Source: Alphaproteobacteria bacterium (GTDB lineage Bacteria > Pseudomonadota > Alphaproteobacteria > CACIAM-22H2). From it: a stretch of DNA of 64,000 bases. Shown here piece after piece: positions 1 to 9,086 of the stretch (its first letter is position 1; every line of letters begins with the position of its first letter). A program made the position numbers and the translations under genes. The notes beneath the pieces are model-generated. The model made no database searches. It was not told the origin of the DNA and saw only the letters and a list, made by a program, of their open reading frames with translations. The stretch lies in contig OZ257155.1 of the NCBI GenBank assembly GCA_965279355.1, positions 1,961,048-2,025,047 of the forward strand, given 5' to 3'.

Positions 1-937
1 TGAGGCCGCCATAGAGCATCATCTTGCCCATCGGGTCGGTCCACAGCAGCGAGATGTAACCCGGACTGATCAGGTAGATCGCGAACGAGACAAGGAACGG
101 CAACGCGCCGATGATGGTCGCGGTCATGCGCGCCTCCGACGACATGGCGCGGATCTTGTCGGCCAGCTTCTTGCGGCCGCGCAGCACGTTGGACAGGCCC
201 TGCAGCGTTTCGGCGAGATTGCCGCCGGTCTGCTGCTGCAGATTGAGAACCACCGCGAAGAATTTCATATCCGGCGTCGGCATGCGGCGGCAGGTGTTCT
301 CCAGTGCCTGCTTCTGCGTGATCCCGAGACGCTGACTATCGACAAGCATCCGGAATTCCTCGCTCACCGGCGGCTGGCTTTCGCGGGCGATGATGTTCAG
401 GCACTCGCCCACCGGCAGGCCGGAGCGGATACCGCGGATGATGACGTCGATCGCATCGGCAAAATGCTGCGTGAAGCGCCGCTGGCGGCGGATGGTCAGA
501 ACGCGCAGCGTGTAGCGCGGCAGGCCGAAGCCCATCACCGCCACCACCGCCGGCGCGAAGAGCGGGCGATAGCCGAGCAGCAGATAGATCAGCGTGCCGG
601 CCACGGCACTCGCGGCGCTGATGCCGTAGAACACGCGAAGCGAGGCCGAGAGTCCCGCCTGTTCGATCCTGAGCTTGAGCGCCACCCGCCGCCGCTTTGC
701 GCCCACCCGGTCCGCTTCCTTGAGGCTGACCTGAACCTGCCGCGACAGCTTCGACGCCGCAGGCGCGCCGGACGCGGCGCGACCGCCGATCGCGGCCAGA
801 CGCGACTTCAGCTGGGTCCGCTGCGCCGCATAGAGCATCATCAGATACGTCAGCAGCGTCGGCAGCACGACCGTCACCGTAACGGCCACCAGCAGTGCGC
901 TGTTGGGCAGGCCCGGGATAATGTCGCTAGAGAGCAT
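1..937 (-). CDS. tadB: Flp/Tad pilus assembly inner-membrane protein TadB. The gene starts at 937 and its 3' end is cut by the window edge.
   Basis: Hand translation of the minus strand from ATG 935-937 gives [19 protein letters not shown]... It is a multi-pass membrane protein with the TadB/GspF-like domain and overlaps the cpaF stop by 11 bp. It is absent from the ORF track because no stop falls inside the window. Confidence 0.7.
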   Translation of the reverse strand, partial: MLSSDIIPGLPNSALLVAVTVTVVLPTLLTYLMMLYAAQRTQLKSRLAAIGGRAASGAPAASKLSRQVQVSLKEADRVGAKRRRVALKLRIEQAGLSASLRVFYGISAASAVAGTLIYLLLGYRPLFAPAVVAVMGFGLPRYTLRVLTIRRQRRFTQHFADAIDVIIRGIRSGLPVGECLNIIARESQPPVSEEFRMLVDSQRLGITQKQALENTCRRMPTPDMKFFAVVLNLQQQTGGNLAETLQGLSNVLRGRKKLADKIRAMSSEARMTATIIGALPFLVSFAIYLISPGYISLLWTDPMGKMMLYGGL

Positions 938-2333
938 GCTCAGCCGCCTCCAGCGCCGCGACCAGTTCGCGCTCCTTTCCGAAATAGCGCGCGCGTTCAT
1001 AAAAATTCGGGCGCAGACCCGTGGTGCGGAAATTTCCGGTCAGCCGGCCCGCCCGGTCCTCGCCCGTGATGTCGTAGACGAAGAGATCCTGCAGGGTGAC
1101 GACATCGCCCTCCATGCCGAGAACCTCGGTCACATGGGTGATCTTGCGCGAGCCGTCGCGCAGACGCTGCACCTGGACGATGACGTTCACGGCACCCGCG
1201 ATCTGCTCGCGCACCGTCTTGGTCGGCAGCACGAACCCGCCCATCGCGATCATATTCTCCAGGCGGCTGATCGCCTCGCGCGGGTTGTTGGCGTGCACGG
1301 TGCCCATCGACCCGTCATGGCCGGTGTTCATCGCCTGCAGCAGGTCGAACGCCTCGGGGCCGCGCACTTCGCCGACGATGATGCGCTCGGGCCGCATGCG
1401 CAGACAGTTGCGCACCAGATCGCGCATCGTGACCGAACCCACGCCTTCGAGATTGGGCGGGCGCGTCTCCAGCCGCACCACATGCGGCTGCTGCAGCTGC
1501 AGCTCGGCGGCGTCCTCGCAGGTCACCACGCGCTCGCCGGGATCGATGTAGCGCGTGAGGCAGTTCAGCAGGGTCGTCTTGCCGGAGCCGGTGCCGCCGG
1601 AGATCAGCACGTTCAGGCGGCAATGCCCGATGACCTTGAGAATCTCAGCCAATGGCGGCGGGCAGGTGCCGTACTCGACCAGCTTCTCGAGGGTCAGCTT
1701 GTCTTTCTTGAACTTGCGGATGGTGAGCATCGCGCCGTCGATGGCCAGCGGCGGCACGATCACGTTTACGCGGCTGCCGTCGGCGAGGCGCGCATCGCAG
1801 ATCGGGCTTGCCTCGTCGACACGGCGGCCGACCGCGCTGACGATCCGCTGACAGATATTCATCAGCTGCGCGTTGTCGCGAAAGCGGATATCCGTCAGCT
1901 GGATCTTGCCCTGGGTCTCGATGTAAACCTTGTCATAGCCGTTCACCATGATGTCGGCGATATCGTCCCGGGCCAGCAGCGGCTCCAGCGGCCCCAGGCC
2001 CAGAATGTCGTTGCAGATATCGCCGATCAGCTGCTGCTGCTCGGCGGCACTCACCACGAATTTCTTGATATTGACGATCTCGCTGATGATGTCGGTGAGT
2101 TCCTCGCGCACCACCTCCTGCGAGAACTTCGATAGCTCCTTCAGATCGACGGCATCGAGCAGTGCCGTGAACACGCTGACCTTGATGTCATTAAGGCGGG
2201 CGCTGACCTCGGGGGACTGCGTGGATTTCGGAACCAGCGCGATCGGCGGCGGCGGCTCGGCCGGCATGGCCTCCACGGGCAACGCATTCGCCGCTTTTAC
2301 TTCCGCCAGGGCCGTGTTGCGCTTGCCGAACAT
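927..2333 (-). CDS. cpaF: Flp/Tad pilus assembly secretion ATPase CpaF/TadA
   Basis: 468 aa. Walker [10 protein letters not shown] and the type II/IV secretion NTPase core (ITHVTEV...GMEGDVV) are present. It sits in a tad operon. Confidence 0.9.
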   Translation of the reverse strand: MFGKRNTALAEVKAANALPVEAMPAEPPPPIALVPKSTQSPEVSARLNDIKVSVFTALLDAVDLKELSKFSQEVVREELTDIISEIVNIKKFVVSAAEQQQLIGDICNDILGLGPLEPLLARDDIADIMVNGYDKVYIETQGKIQLTDIRFRDNAQLMNICQRIVSAVGRRVDEASPICDARLADGSRVNVIVPPLAIDGAMLTIRKFKKDKLTLEKLVEYGTCPPPLAEILKVIGHCRLNVLISGGTGSGKTTLLNCLTRYIDPGERVVTCEDAAELQLQQPHVVRLETRPPNLEGVGSVTMRDLVRNCLRMRPERIIVGEVRGPEAFDLLQAMNTGHDGSMGTVHANNPREAISRLENMIAMGGFVLPTKTVREQIAGAVNVIVQVQRLRDGSRKITHVTEVLGMEGDVVTLQDLFVYDITGEDRAGRLTGNFRTTGLRPNFYERARYFGKERELVAALEAAEHAL

Positions 2334-2345
2334 GAAACGTCCGCC

Positions 2346-3374
2346 TCAGGCCGCCCACGGCATCAGTTTGTGCAGCAGGCTGGCGCCGTTGATGCGCCGG
2401 CGACGCTCCGCATCCGTCCGTCCGCTGACCAGACCGGTCAGACGTTTGAGCGGATCGATGACGCGCTGGCTTTTGGACGCCTCACCGATCATCTGCCCGG
2501 CATTGGAGACGCGCGCGAACAGCGCGGCATCGGCCGGCACCATCGCCGACACCGCATGCCCAAGCGTGGCCGCGAAGTCCTTGGTCGGAATATCGGTCTT
2601 CGGCTGTCCGCCGACCCGATTGAGGACGACGCGCACCGGCACATCGGTCTGCCGTCCGGCACCCAGCGTATCGAGCAGGGATTTCGCATTGCGCAGGCTG
2701 GCGAGGGTCGGAACCGCGGTAACGACGATCTCGTCCGAGACATCCAGCACATGCCGCACCCAGCCGCCCGAAGCGCGCGGCAGATCGGCAATAACCCAGG
2801 CCGCGTTGCGCCGCAGCGTCCGCAGCAGCGGGTCCAGTGAAGCGCTGTCGATCTCGGCCGATGCGCTGCCGTCACCGGCGCAGGTCAGCAGGGAAAGGTT
2901 GTCGTTATACTTGGCGAGGAACCGCTCAAGCATCTGGTCGTCGAGCCGGTCGGCCTGCGCCAGCGCCTGCGTCACCGTCTGCGGCGACTCGAGGTTGCAG
3001 TAGAGCCCGAGCGTGCCGAACGCCGTATCCAGATCGACGACGGCAGCCTCCCCGTCATAAAGCTTGCCGAGGCACCAGCCGATATTGCCGGCCATGGTGC
3101 TCGAACCGGCACCGCCGCTGGCGCCGATGAAAGAGATCAGCCGTCCCTGCCCCGCGACATCGGGCGCCTGGCTCACCGAGACGATGGCCTCCACCAGATG
3201 GGTCGGGTCCACCGGCATGGGGATGTATTCGCGCACACCCTGTCGCGTGAGCTGGCGATAGAGCGCCACATCGTTGTGATGGCCGAGCAGGATGAGATCC
3301 GTACCGGCCGCGCAGACTTCAGCCAGGCGCTCCAGCTGGTCGAAGATCGCCGGCGGCCGCTCCCGGGTCTCCAC
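2346..3374 (-). CDS. cpaE: Pilus assembly protein CpaE/TadZ, with a receiver-like N-terminus and a ParA/MinD-like ATPase domain. The N-terminal boundary is uncertain.
   Basis: 342 aa from GTG 3372-3374. It has the ParA-like motif GASGGAGSST. The homologous reading frame continues upstream to ~3560 (..LDLHAFALTPEAKLAVDQALRDRRLAKTRLTFFQGG..) with no ATG, GTG or TTG in that stretch. Confidence 0.8.
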   Translation of the reverse strand: METRERPPAIFDQLERLAEVCAAGTDLILLGHHNDVALYRQLTRQGVREYIPMPVDPTHLVEAIVSVSQAPDVAGQGRLISFIGASGGAGSSTMAGNIGWCLGKLYDGEAAVVDLDTAFGTLGLYCNLESPQTVTQALAQADRLDDQMLERFLAKYNDNLSLLTCAGDGSASAEIDSASLDPLLRTLRRNAAWVIADLPRASGGWVRHVLDVSDEIVVTAVPTLASLRNAKSLLDTLGAGRQTDVPVRVVLNRVGGQPKTDIPTKDFAATLGHAVSAMVPADAALFARVSNAGQMIGEASKSQRVIDPLKRLTGLVSGRTDAERRRRINGASLLHKLMPWAA

Positions 3375-3571
3375 GATCAGCAGGCCGGGGCTCGGCTCAC
3401 CTTGATACTTGTGCGTTGCCGCGTCGATGCCGCCCTGAAAGAAGGTCAGCCGTGTCTTGGCGAGGCGGCGATCGCGCAGCGCCTGATCGACGGCCAGTTT
3501 CGCTTCAGGCGTCAGCGCAAAGGCGTGGAGGTCTAGGCGTTGAATGGGAGTTCTCCCGGTTCACGTGGTTG

Positions 3572-4213
3572 CTACTTGCTGGTCACGTTGCCGTTGCTGT
3601 TCTGCAGCGGCGAATACGTCGCGTTGGTCGGCTCGCCGGCACGATAGCGCTGGACGACCCGATTGGAATTCTGGGCATCGGTCGGAGCGGGATCGCGCAT
3701 CCGCACCAGATCGGCGGGATCGGCCACCATCACCCCGAGATTGCGCTGCTGCGCGCAGCCGAAATTCGAGTGGGCCTGGTTGTAGGGATTGAAGCTCGGC
3801 GACGAACTCCAGTCGCCGCAATTGGGCTGGACGGTTGTGTAGCGGTCGTAACTGATGGTGATCCCATCGGCCGAGCCGTCCTCGACCATCACCATGCGGA
3901 TGGCGCTCGCGGAAATGCCGGCCGCGATCAGGCGCTGCCGCATCGCGCGGACCTCCGCTTCCCGGTCAGCCATCCCGGTTGCCACCGTCACTGGCCCGTG
4001 ACCGCGATCGAGATAGGATTTCACCAGAACCGCGAGCCGCGCCTCGTCTTCCGGGCTCAGGCTTTGCGGCGTGGCGAGCGGCAGGGCGATGGTCTGTGCC
4101 CGCACCTGAACCGGATAGTTCTCCCGATAGGATGTCTCCGGCGTCTCGGCGCAGGCGCCCGCCGTCAGAAGCACGAGGAGAGAAAGCGTCGAACGGTTCA
4201 TCATATCGCTCAC
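3572..4213 (-). CDS. cpaD: Pilus assembly lipoprotein CpaD
   Basis: 213 aa with a signal peptide and lipobox-like LLTAGAC. Its position between cpaC and cpaE matches the tad operon. Confidence 0.7.
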   Translation of the reverse strand: MSDMMNRSTLSLLVLLTAGACAETPETSYRENYPVQVRAQTIALPLATPQSLSPEDEARLAVLVKSYLDRGHGPVTVATGMADREAEVRAMRQRLIAAGISASAIRMVMVEDGSADGITISYDRYTTVQPNCGDWSSSPSFNPYNQAHSNFGCAQQRNLGVMVADPADLVRMRDPAPTDAQNSNRVVQRYRAGEPTNATYSPLQNSNGNVTSK

Positions 4214-5733
4214 TCCACGATAAAGCCGTGCGGGCCGCGCGGCGGCGAGACCGGCGCCGGCGCGCTCGGCTTCGTGTAGGCCGCATGCAGGCGGCCCATC
4301 AGGTACATGTTGAGATCGCTGGCCGCGGTGAACCCGTCAGTCGGGAACGCCAGCGCGTTTGGATCGGCCGGCTTTACCAGCAGCGGCGTTACGGCGATCA
4401 CCAGATCGGATTCGCTGCGCTGGAACTGCGTGCTGGAGAACAGGGAGCCAAGGATCGGAATATCCTTGAGCAGCGGGAAACCCTGGATGGTGTTCTGAAT
4501 ATCGTTCTGCAGCAGCCCGGCGATGGCGATGCTGCCGCCCGACGGCAGTTCGACCGTCGTCTCGGCACGCCGCATCGACAGAGCGGGGATCTGGAACCCG
4601 TTGGCGGAGATCTGTCCCTGCGTGGAGAGCTGGCTGACTTCGGTCGCGATGCGGAGATTGATCAGGCCGCCGGACAGCACCAGCGGCGTGAAGGTCAGCC
4701 GGACGCCGAAGTCCTTGTAGGTGACGGCGATGGTCGAGGCGCCACCCGGCACGGCGCTCGGCTGCGGCGACGGCACGGGGAACTGTCCGCCGACCAGGAA
4801 CGACGCCGTCTCACCTGAAACCGACGTCAGGTTCGGCTCGGCCAGGGTCTTGACGAGACCGTTCGATTCCAGCGCCTGCAGCAGCGCGGTGAAGGTCCCG
4901 AGTCCGCCCAGCGGGATAACCGCCCCCAGCGCCGCGAACGGCGTGCTGGCGAACGTGCGGGTCGCACCGGTAAGCGTCAGGCGCGAGCCGCCGATGTTCA
5001 GGTTGAACGGCGGCGAGCCCGGCGTGATGCCGAGTTCCTTCACCACCTGGCGCGACATTTCCGAGACCCGCACCCGGAGCAGCACCTGGCTCTTATCGCG
5101 AATGGTGACGAGGTTGATGATGGCGCTGTCATCGGCGACGTATTGCCGCGCGATCTGGCGCACGTTCTCCGCCACCTGCGGATTGGCGACTGAACCGGAC
5201 AACATCAGGCTTTGGTTAGCCGTGCTCACCTCGATCTGCTCGTTGGGGATCATCCGCTTGATGGCGGCCATCACCGAGGCAGAGTCGAACGCGACATGCA
5301 CGTCGATCTCGTCGATCTGCCGTCCGTCGGCGTCGAAGAAATAGACATTCGTCTCGCCGACCTTGCGGCCGATGATAAAAGCCGTGTCCGGGCTGCGCAG
5401 AACGATGTCGGCGACGGCCGGGTTCGCGACCAGCACATCACGCGCCGGACGTGAAAGTCGGACCATCCGCGACTTGTTGACGTCGAGGGCAAAAATGCGG
5501 GCTGCGCTCTGGACCGAGACCGGAACGATTACCGGCTGAATTTCACGGACCCGCGGCAGGCCGGAAGAAGCGCGCTCCGGCGCCGCGACCGGCGGGATCG
5601 CGGGTACGATTGGAATTTCGCGCGCGTTCGGCAATGGTGCCAGCGGCGCCTGTGCCTGGACCGCCAGCGGTGCCGCCACTGTCAGCGCGATCAGCGCCGC
5701 CTGCAGAACACGGTGAATAGCGCGCATGGTCAA
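4210..5733 (-). CDS. cpaC: Flp pilus secretin CpaC/RcpA
   Basis: 507 aa with a signal peptide and a C-terminal secretin domain of the type II/III secretion secretin family. It overlaps cpaD and cpaB by 4 bp each. Confidence 0.85.
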   Translation of the reverse strand: MTMRAIHRVLQAALIALTVAAPLAVQAQAPLAPLPNAREIPIVPAIPPVAAPERASSGLPRVREIQPVIVPVSVQSAARIFALDVNKSRMVRLSRPARDVLVANPAVADIVLRSPDTAFIIGRKVGETNVYFFDADGRQIDEIDVHVAFDSASVMAAIKRMIPNEQIEVSTANQSLMLSGSVANPQVAENVRQIARQYVADDSAIINLVTIRDKSQVLLRVRVSEMSRQVVKELGITPGSPPFNLNIGGSRLTLTGATRTFASTPFAALGAVIPLGGLGTFTALLQALESNGLVKTLAEPNLTSVSGETASFLVGGQFPVPSPQPSAVPGGASTIAVTYKDFGVRLTFTPLVLSGGLINLRIATEVSQLSTQGQISANGFQIPALSMRRAETTVELPSGGSIAIAGLLQNDIQNTIQGFPLLKDIPILGSLFSSTQFQRSESDLVIAVTPLLVKPADPNALAFPTDGFTAASDLNMYLMGRLHAAYTKPSAPAPVSPPRGPHGFIVE

Positions 5734-6584
5734 TGTCCTTGTCCAACGATGGTGGCGCCGTGATAGACGCGCACGCCATTGCCGTTCTGCTGGTTCTGCA
5801 GCCGGCCGAGAAACGAACTGACCTCGAAATCCTGGACGGTCCCGCCCATCACCTCGGCCGTCTCCGGACGGACAAGGCTGCGCAGCGCCAGAGACAGCGT
5901 GCCCATCTGCATCGCCAGCGACACCTTCTGCGCCTGCATGAGATCAACCTCGAGGGTCGCGGTGCGGCCGAGCTTGGGCTTGGTGTCCATGTCGCGCGTT
6001 TCCTGATCGATCGTCAGGACACGGATATCGCGCAGCACCACGCTGCTGGCCTGCTTGTGCGAGGGACGGGCACCGTCCGTATTGCCGACATAGGTGATGT
6101 TGAATTTCTCGGCGAGCAGAAGGTCGACCGAGTCCCCCGGCACAATGAAGCCGGCATTTCCCGAAACCGCGTCGATCGGAACGCTGATCGCGCGCTTGCC
6201 CGGCGTCAGGGCCGCCGCGAGGAAGCCTGAGTCGCCGGGACGGAGCAGACGCTGCACCGTGATCGGCTCGCCGGCGGCAAAGCCGCGCAGAACCACGCGT
6301 CCCGCCGCGTCGGCCTGGGGCGTGATTCCCTTGGTGCGCAGCAGGAAATTCGGATCGATGCCGTCTTCCGGCCAACGCTGCCAGCGAACATCGTCGGCCT
6401 TCATGATGGACCCGGCCGGAAGATTGCGTGTCGCGACGAGAACCTCGTTGCCGTCCACACGCGGCGCCTGCGGTGCCGGCTGAACCGCCGCCACGGGCCG
6501 GTTCATGAGACCCGGCACCACGAAATACACGAGCCCGGCCAGCGCCAGGGCGAAGACAACGATGGCAACACCGATGGGACGCAT
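5730..6584 (-). CDS. cpaB: Flp pilus assembly protein CpaB/RcpC
   Basis: 284 aa with an N-terminal transmembrane helix and a SAF/CpaB-like domain. Position in the tad operon supports the call. Confidence 0.8.
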   Translation of the reverse strand: MRPIGVAIVVFALALAGLVYFVVPGLMNRPVAAVQPAPQAPRVDGNEVLVATRNLPAGSIMKADDVRWQRWPEDGIDPNFLLRTKGITPQADAAGRVVLRGFAAGEPITVQRLLRPGDSGFLAAALTPGKRAISVPIDAVSGNAGFIVPGDSVDLLLAEKFNITYVGNTDGARPSHKQASSVVLRDIRVLTIDQETRDMDTKPKLGRTATLEVDLMQAQKVSLAMQMGTLSLALRSLVRPETAEVMGGTVQDFEVSSFLGRLQNQQNGNGVRVYHGATIVGQGH

Positions 6585-6596
6585 CGTTGGGCCTCC

Positions 6597-7088
6597 TCAG
6601 AACGACGGCGCGGCGGCGGACTGCAGAAGCAGCACCGCACCGGCCAGCGAGATGGCAATGCCGTAGGGCACGCCGGATGTTTCGGAGAGCGCCTGGCTGT
6701 ACCAGCGGCCGGGCGGAACCATCCGTCCACGGGCGATGCGGCGCGCAAAGATCAGCAGCGCTGTGAGCACCGCGCCGGCTATCGCGGTCAGCAGCAGAAA
6801 GCTTGGGAGATCGTGCCAGCCCATCCACACCGATGTGGCGGCAAGCAGCTTGACGTCACCGCCGCCCCAGATGCCGAGCGCGAAGAGAAAGGCGCCGACG
6901 GTCAGCATCGCGAGGCCGAGCCCGACATGCAGCAGCGATGTGCCGAAGGGCAGCGCCGGTGTGACAAGAAGGAACGCGCCGAGCACGACCAGGCTCAGAA
7001 CATCGGGGATCTCGTAGCGGACGAAATCGTTCATCGCCGCGAGGGCGAGGGCTGCGATGCAGAGAACGATGGCAATAAAGCTCAACAT
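6597..7088 (-). CDS. cpaA: Prepilin peptidase CpaA/TadV (A24 family)
   Basis: 163 aa polytopic membrane protein immediately downstream of flp. Confidence 0.8.
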   Translation of the reverse strand: MLSFIAIVLCIAALALAAMNDFVRYEIPDVLSLVVLGAFLLVTPALPFGTSLLHVGLGLAMLTVGAFLFALGIWGGGDVKLLAATSVWMGWHDLPSFLLLTAIAGAVLTALLIFARRIARGRMVPPGRWYSQALSETSGVPYGIAISLAGAVLLLQSAAAPSF

Positions 7089-7126
7089 GAAAACGCCCTA
7101 CACCGGATGAATGGGAAGCCTCGACC

Positions 7127-7166
7127 GGTGGAGTGTCGGCGACCACCTTGTCGCCGACACTCCACC
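7127..7166 (-). terminator. Strong stem-loop between flp and cpaA, a putative attenuator or partial terminator
   Basis: Perfect 17-bp inverted repeat ggtggagtgtcggcgac / gtcgccgacactccacc with a 6-nt loop. It starts 8 bp after the flp stop. Confidence 0.5.
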
Positions 7167-7173
7167 TGTAAGA

Positions 7174-7398
7174 TCACGGACCTGCGGGCGGCGCCGCGGG
7201 AGCGCCCGCGGTGTTCAGCGCCGTTGAAACGGCGGTGAAGGTGTCGCGGACATCGGTACCGAGCGTCGACACGGCCGTGATGATCACGACGGCGATGGCG
7301 CCGGCGATCAGGCCGTATTCGATGGCGGTGACGCCGGATTTGTCGCGGCCGAGACGACGGGCCTTGAACGCGAGAGCCGAGAGATAAGTGCGAAGCAT
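7174..7398 (-). CDS. flp: Flp/Fap pilin subunit
   Basis: 74 aa: MLRTYLSALAFKARRLGRDKSGVTAIEYGLIAGAIAVVIITAV... This is the Flp prepilin motif (G/TAIEYGLI). It is internal to the longer 7174..7776 track ORF. Confidence 0.8.
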   Translation of the reverse strand: MLRTYLSALAFKARRLGRDKSGVTAIEYGLIAGAIAVVIITAVSTLGTDVRDTFTAVSTALNTAGAPAAPPAGP

Positions 7399-7496
7399 GG
7401 TTGGTCCCTCCTGAAGGTTTGCCCCGCGCGGATCGCACGGCGCTGATGCCGGATGGCACCGTGCGACAAAAATGTGGCAAGCCGGCCGCCGCGTAA

Positions 7497-7512
7497 GTGT
7501 GGAATCGCACAC
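7497..7512. promoter_or_regulatory. Candidate Crp/Fnr-family binding site in the flp / crp-like divergent intergenic region
   Basis: gtgtggaatcgcacac reads as TGTG-N6-CACA, which matches the half-sites of the Crp/Fnr consensus TGTGA-N6-TCACA. Confidence 0.35.
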
Positions 7513-7557
7513 CGGTGAAAGAGTCCTTGTGGGACCTTCGTTTTCGTTACGGAGGAC

Positions 7558-8292
7558 GTGTCCATGCCCAGCCTGTCGGAAGCCCTGTCCCGCACCCAGC
7601 CGATGTCGCTCGCCGGCATCACGATGCTGCGCCACCTCTCCATCGGAGAGCGTGAATCGCTGGAAGGGAAATGCGTGTTCCGCCGCTTCATCGCGAATGA
7701 AACCGTACTGGACCGGTTCAGCGCGAGTGTGGCGGTGTACTTCATCATCTCCGGCACCGCGCGCGTGGTGCATCACGTCGCCGATCAGCAGGAAATCACC
7801 ATCGCTACGATCGGCGCCGGCGACACGATCGGTGAAATCTCCGCAATCGACGGACTCGGCCGCTCGGCGACCGTCATGGCCGTGGATGAATGCGTTGTGG
7901 CCGAACTCTCGGGGGAGGATTTCCGGGCCCTGATCGCGCGGCGCGGCGATATCGCGCTCGATCTGCTGCGTCGGTGGGCCGTCACCATCCGCAAGCTATC
8001 GGACAAGGTCAGCTATCTCTCGACCGGCAGCCCGGACCAGCGTGTCTATTCCGAGCTGATCCGCCTGGCGCGGGTCGAGAAGCCGGGCGCCGACCGCTGG
8101 CTGATCCGCGAGCTGCCCAGCCATCAGGATCTGGCGACCTGGGCGCAGACCAGCCGCGAGGTGGTTTCCGGAGCGGTTGCCGAGTTGGTCCGTCGCGGCG
8201 TCGCAGAGCGCCGCACCAAGACGCTTTACATCAACGACTACGGCGCCTTGCGGGAGATGCTCTCCCGCCCTGCGGCACCGGGCGAGGGCTGA
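7558..8292 (+). CDS. Crp/Fnr-family transcriptional regulator with a cNMP-binding domain and a C-terminal HTH
   Basis: 244 aa with a beta-roll cNMP-binding region (GDTIGEISAIDG) and a C-terminal HTH (RTKTLYINDYGALREM). Confidence 0.8.
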   Translation: MSMPSLSEALSRTQPMSLAGITMLRHLSIGERESLEGKCVFRRFIANETVLDRFSASVAVYFIISGTARVVHHVADQQEITIATIGAGDTIGEISAIDGLGRSATVMAVDECVVAELSGEDFRALIARRGDIALDLLRRWAVTIRKLSDKVSYLSTGSPDQRVYSELIRLARVEKPGADRWLIRELPSHQDLATWAQTSREVVSGAVAELVRRGVAERRTKTLYINDYGALREMLSRPAAPGEG

Positions 8293-8381
8293 TTTCCCCG
8301 ATTTCTCAACGCTGGCGGGCGGTAAGGCTTTACGGCACACTGCACGGGTAACAATCTTGCGCCTCGAAAAGCGAGACACCC

Positions 8382-9083
8382 GTGGGACCGGCCGACCGGC
8401 AAGCTGCCCTGGCGAAAGTCGACATGCTGCGCGGCCTCACGGCCGCCGAGCTGGCCGCCATCGCTGCCAAGTGCACCTGGCGCGAATACGATAAAGAGCA
8501 GCAGATCATCGAGCAGGAGGGCGGCAGCCACGACGTCTATTTCGTCGTGACCGGGGCCGTCCGCATCACCATCTATGCGGTCAGTGGCCGGGAGATCGCT
8601 TTTCGCGATCTCACCGCCGGCACCAGTTTCGGCGAATTGTCGGCCGTTGACGGGCGCACCCGCTCCACCAGCGTGGTCGCTCTCCAGAAGACCTGGCTGG
8701 CTTCGGCGTCCCGCGATCAGTTCCGCGGTCTTCTTCGCACCTATCCGGTGTTCGTCGACAATGTGCTGAAGGGTCTGGTGGCGCTGGTGCGCAACCTGAC
8801 GGAACGGGTCGTCGACTACAGCACGCTCAGTGTCCGTTATCGCATCCAGGCGGAACTGCTGCGCATGGCGCAGGAAAAAGGCACGAAGTACAATCGCACC
8901 GTCATCGCGCCCGCGCCCAAGCACGCCGACATCGCCAGCCGCGTCAGCACGAACCGGGAAGAAGTCGCGCGCGAATTCGGGCGTCTGACCCGCGCCGGAC
9001 TGATCGAACGGCGCCGCGGAGAACTCGTCATCCTGAACGTGACGGGGCTTGCCGACAGTCTGGAAAAAGTGCGCGAAGGCTAG
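8382..9083 (+). CDS. Crp/Fnr-family transcriptional regulator, a second tandem copy
   Basis: 233 aa. The cNMP-binding fold (GTSFGELSAVDG) plus a C-terminal HTH. Confidence 0.8.
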   Translation: MGPADRQAALAKVDMLRGLTAAELAAIAAKCTWREYDKEQQIIEQEGGSHDVYFVVTGAVRITIYAVSGREIAFRDLTAGTSFGELSAVDGRTRSTSVVALQKTWLASASRDQFRGLLRTYPVFVDNVLKGLVALVRNLTERVVDYSTLSVRYRIQAELLRMAQEKGTKYNRTVIAPAPKHADIASRVSTNREEVAREFGRLTRAGLIERRRGELVILNVTGLADSLEKVREG

Positions 9084-9086
9084 GCG

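Noticed and set aside
903-2135. 410-aa plus-strand ORF
   Set aside because: It lies entirely antisense to cpaF. It is low-complexity and Arg/Ala/His-rich, a typical high-GC antisense artefact.
7174-7776. 200-aa ORF as the pilin gene
   Set aside because: Only the last 74 codons (from ATG 7398) encode the Flp prepilin. The upstream extension is a spurious in-frame read-through of the promoter region.
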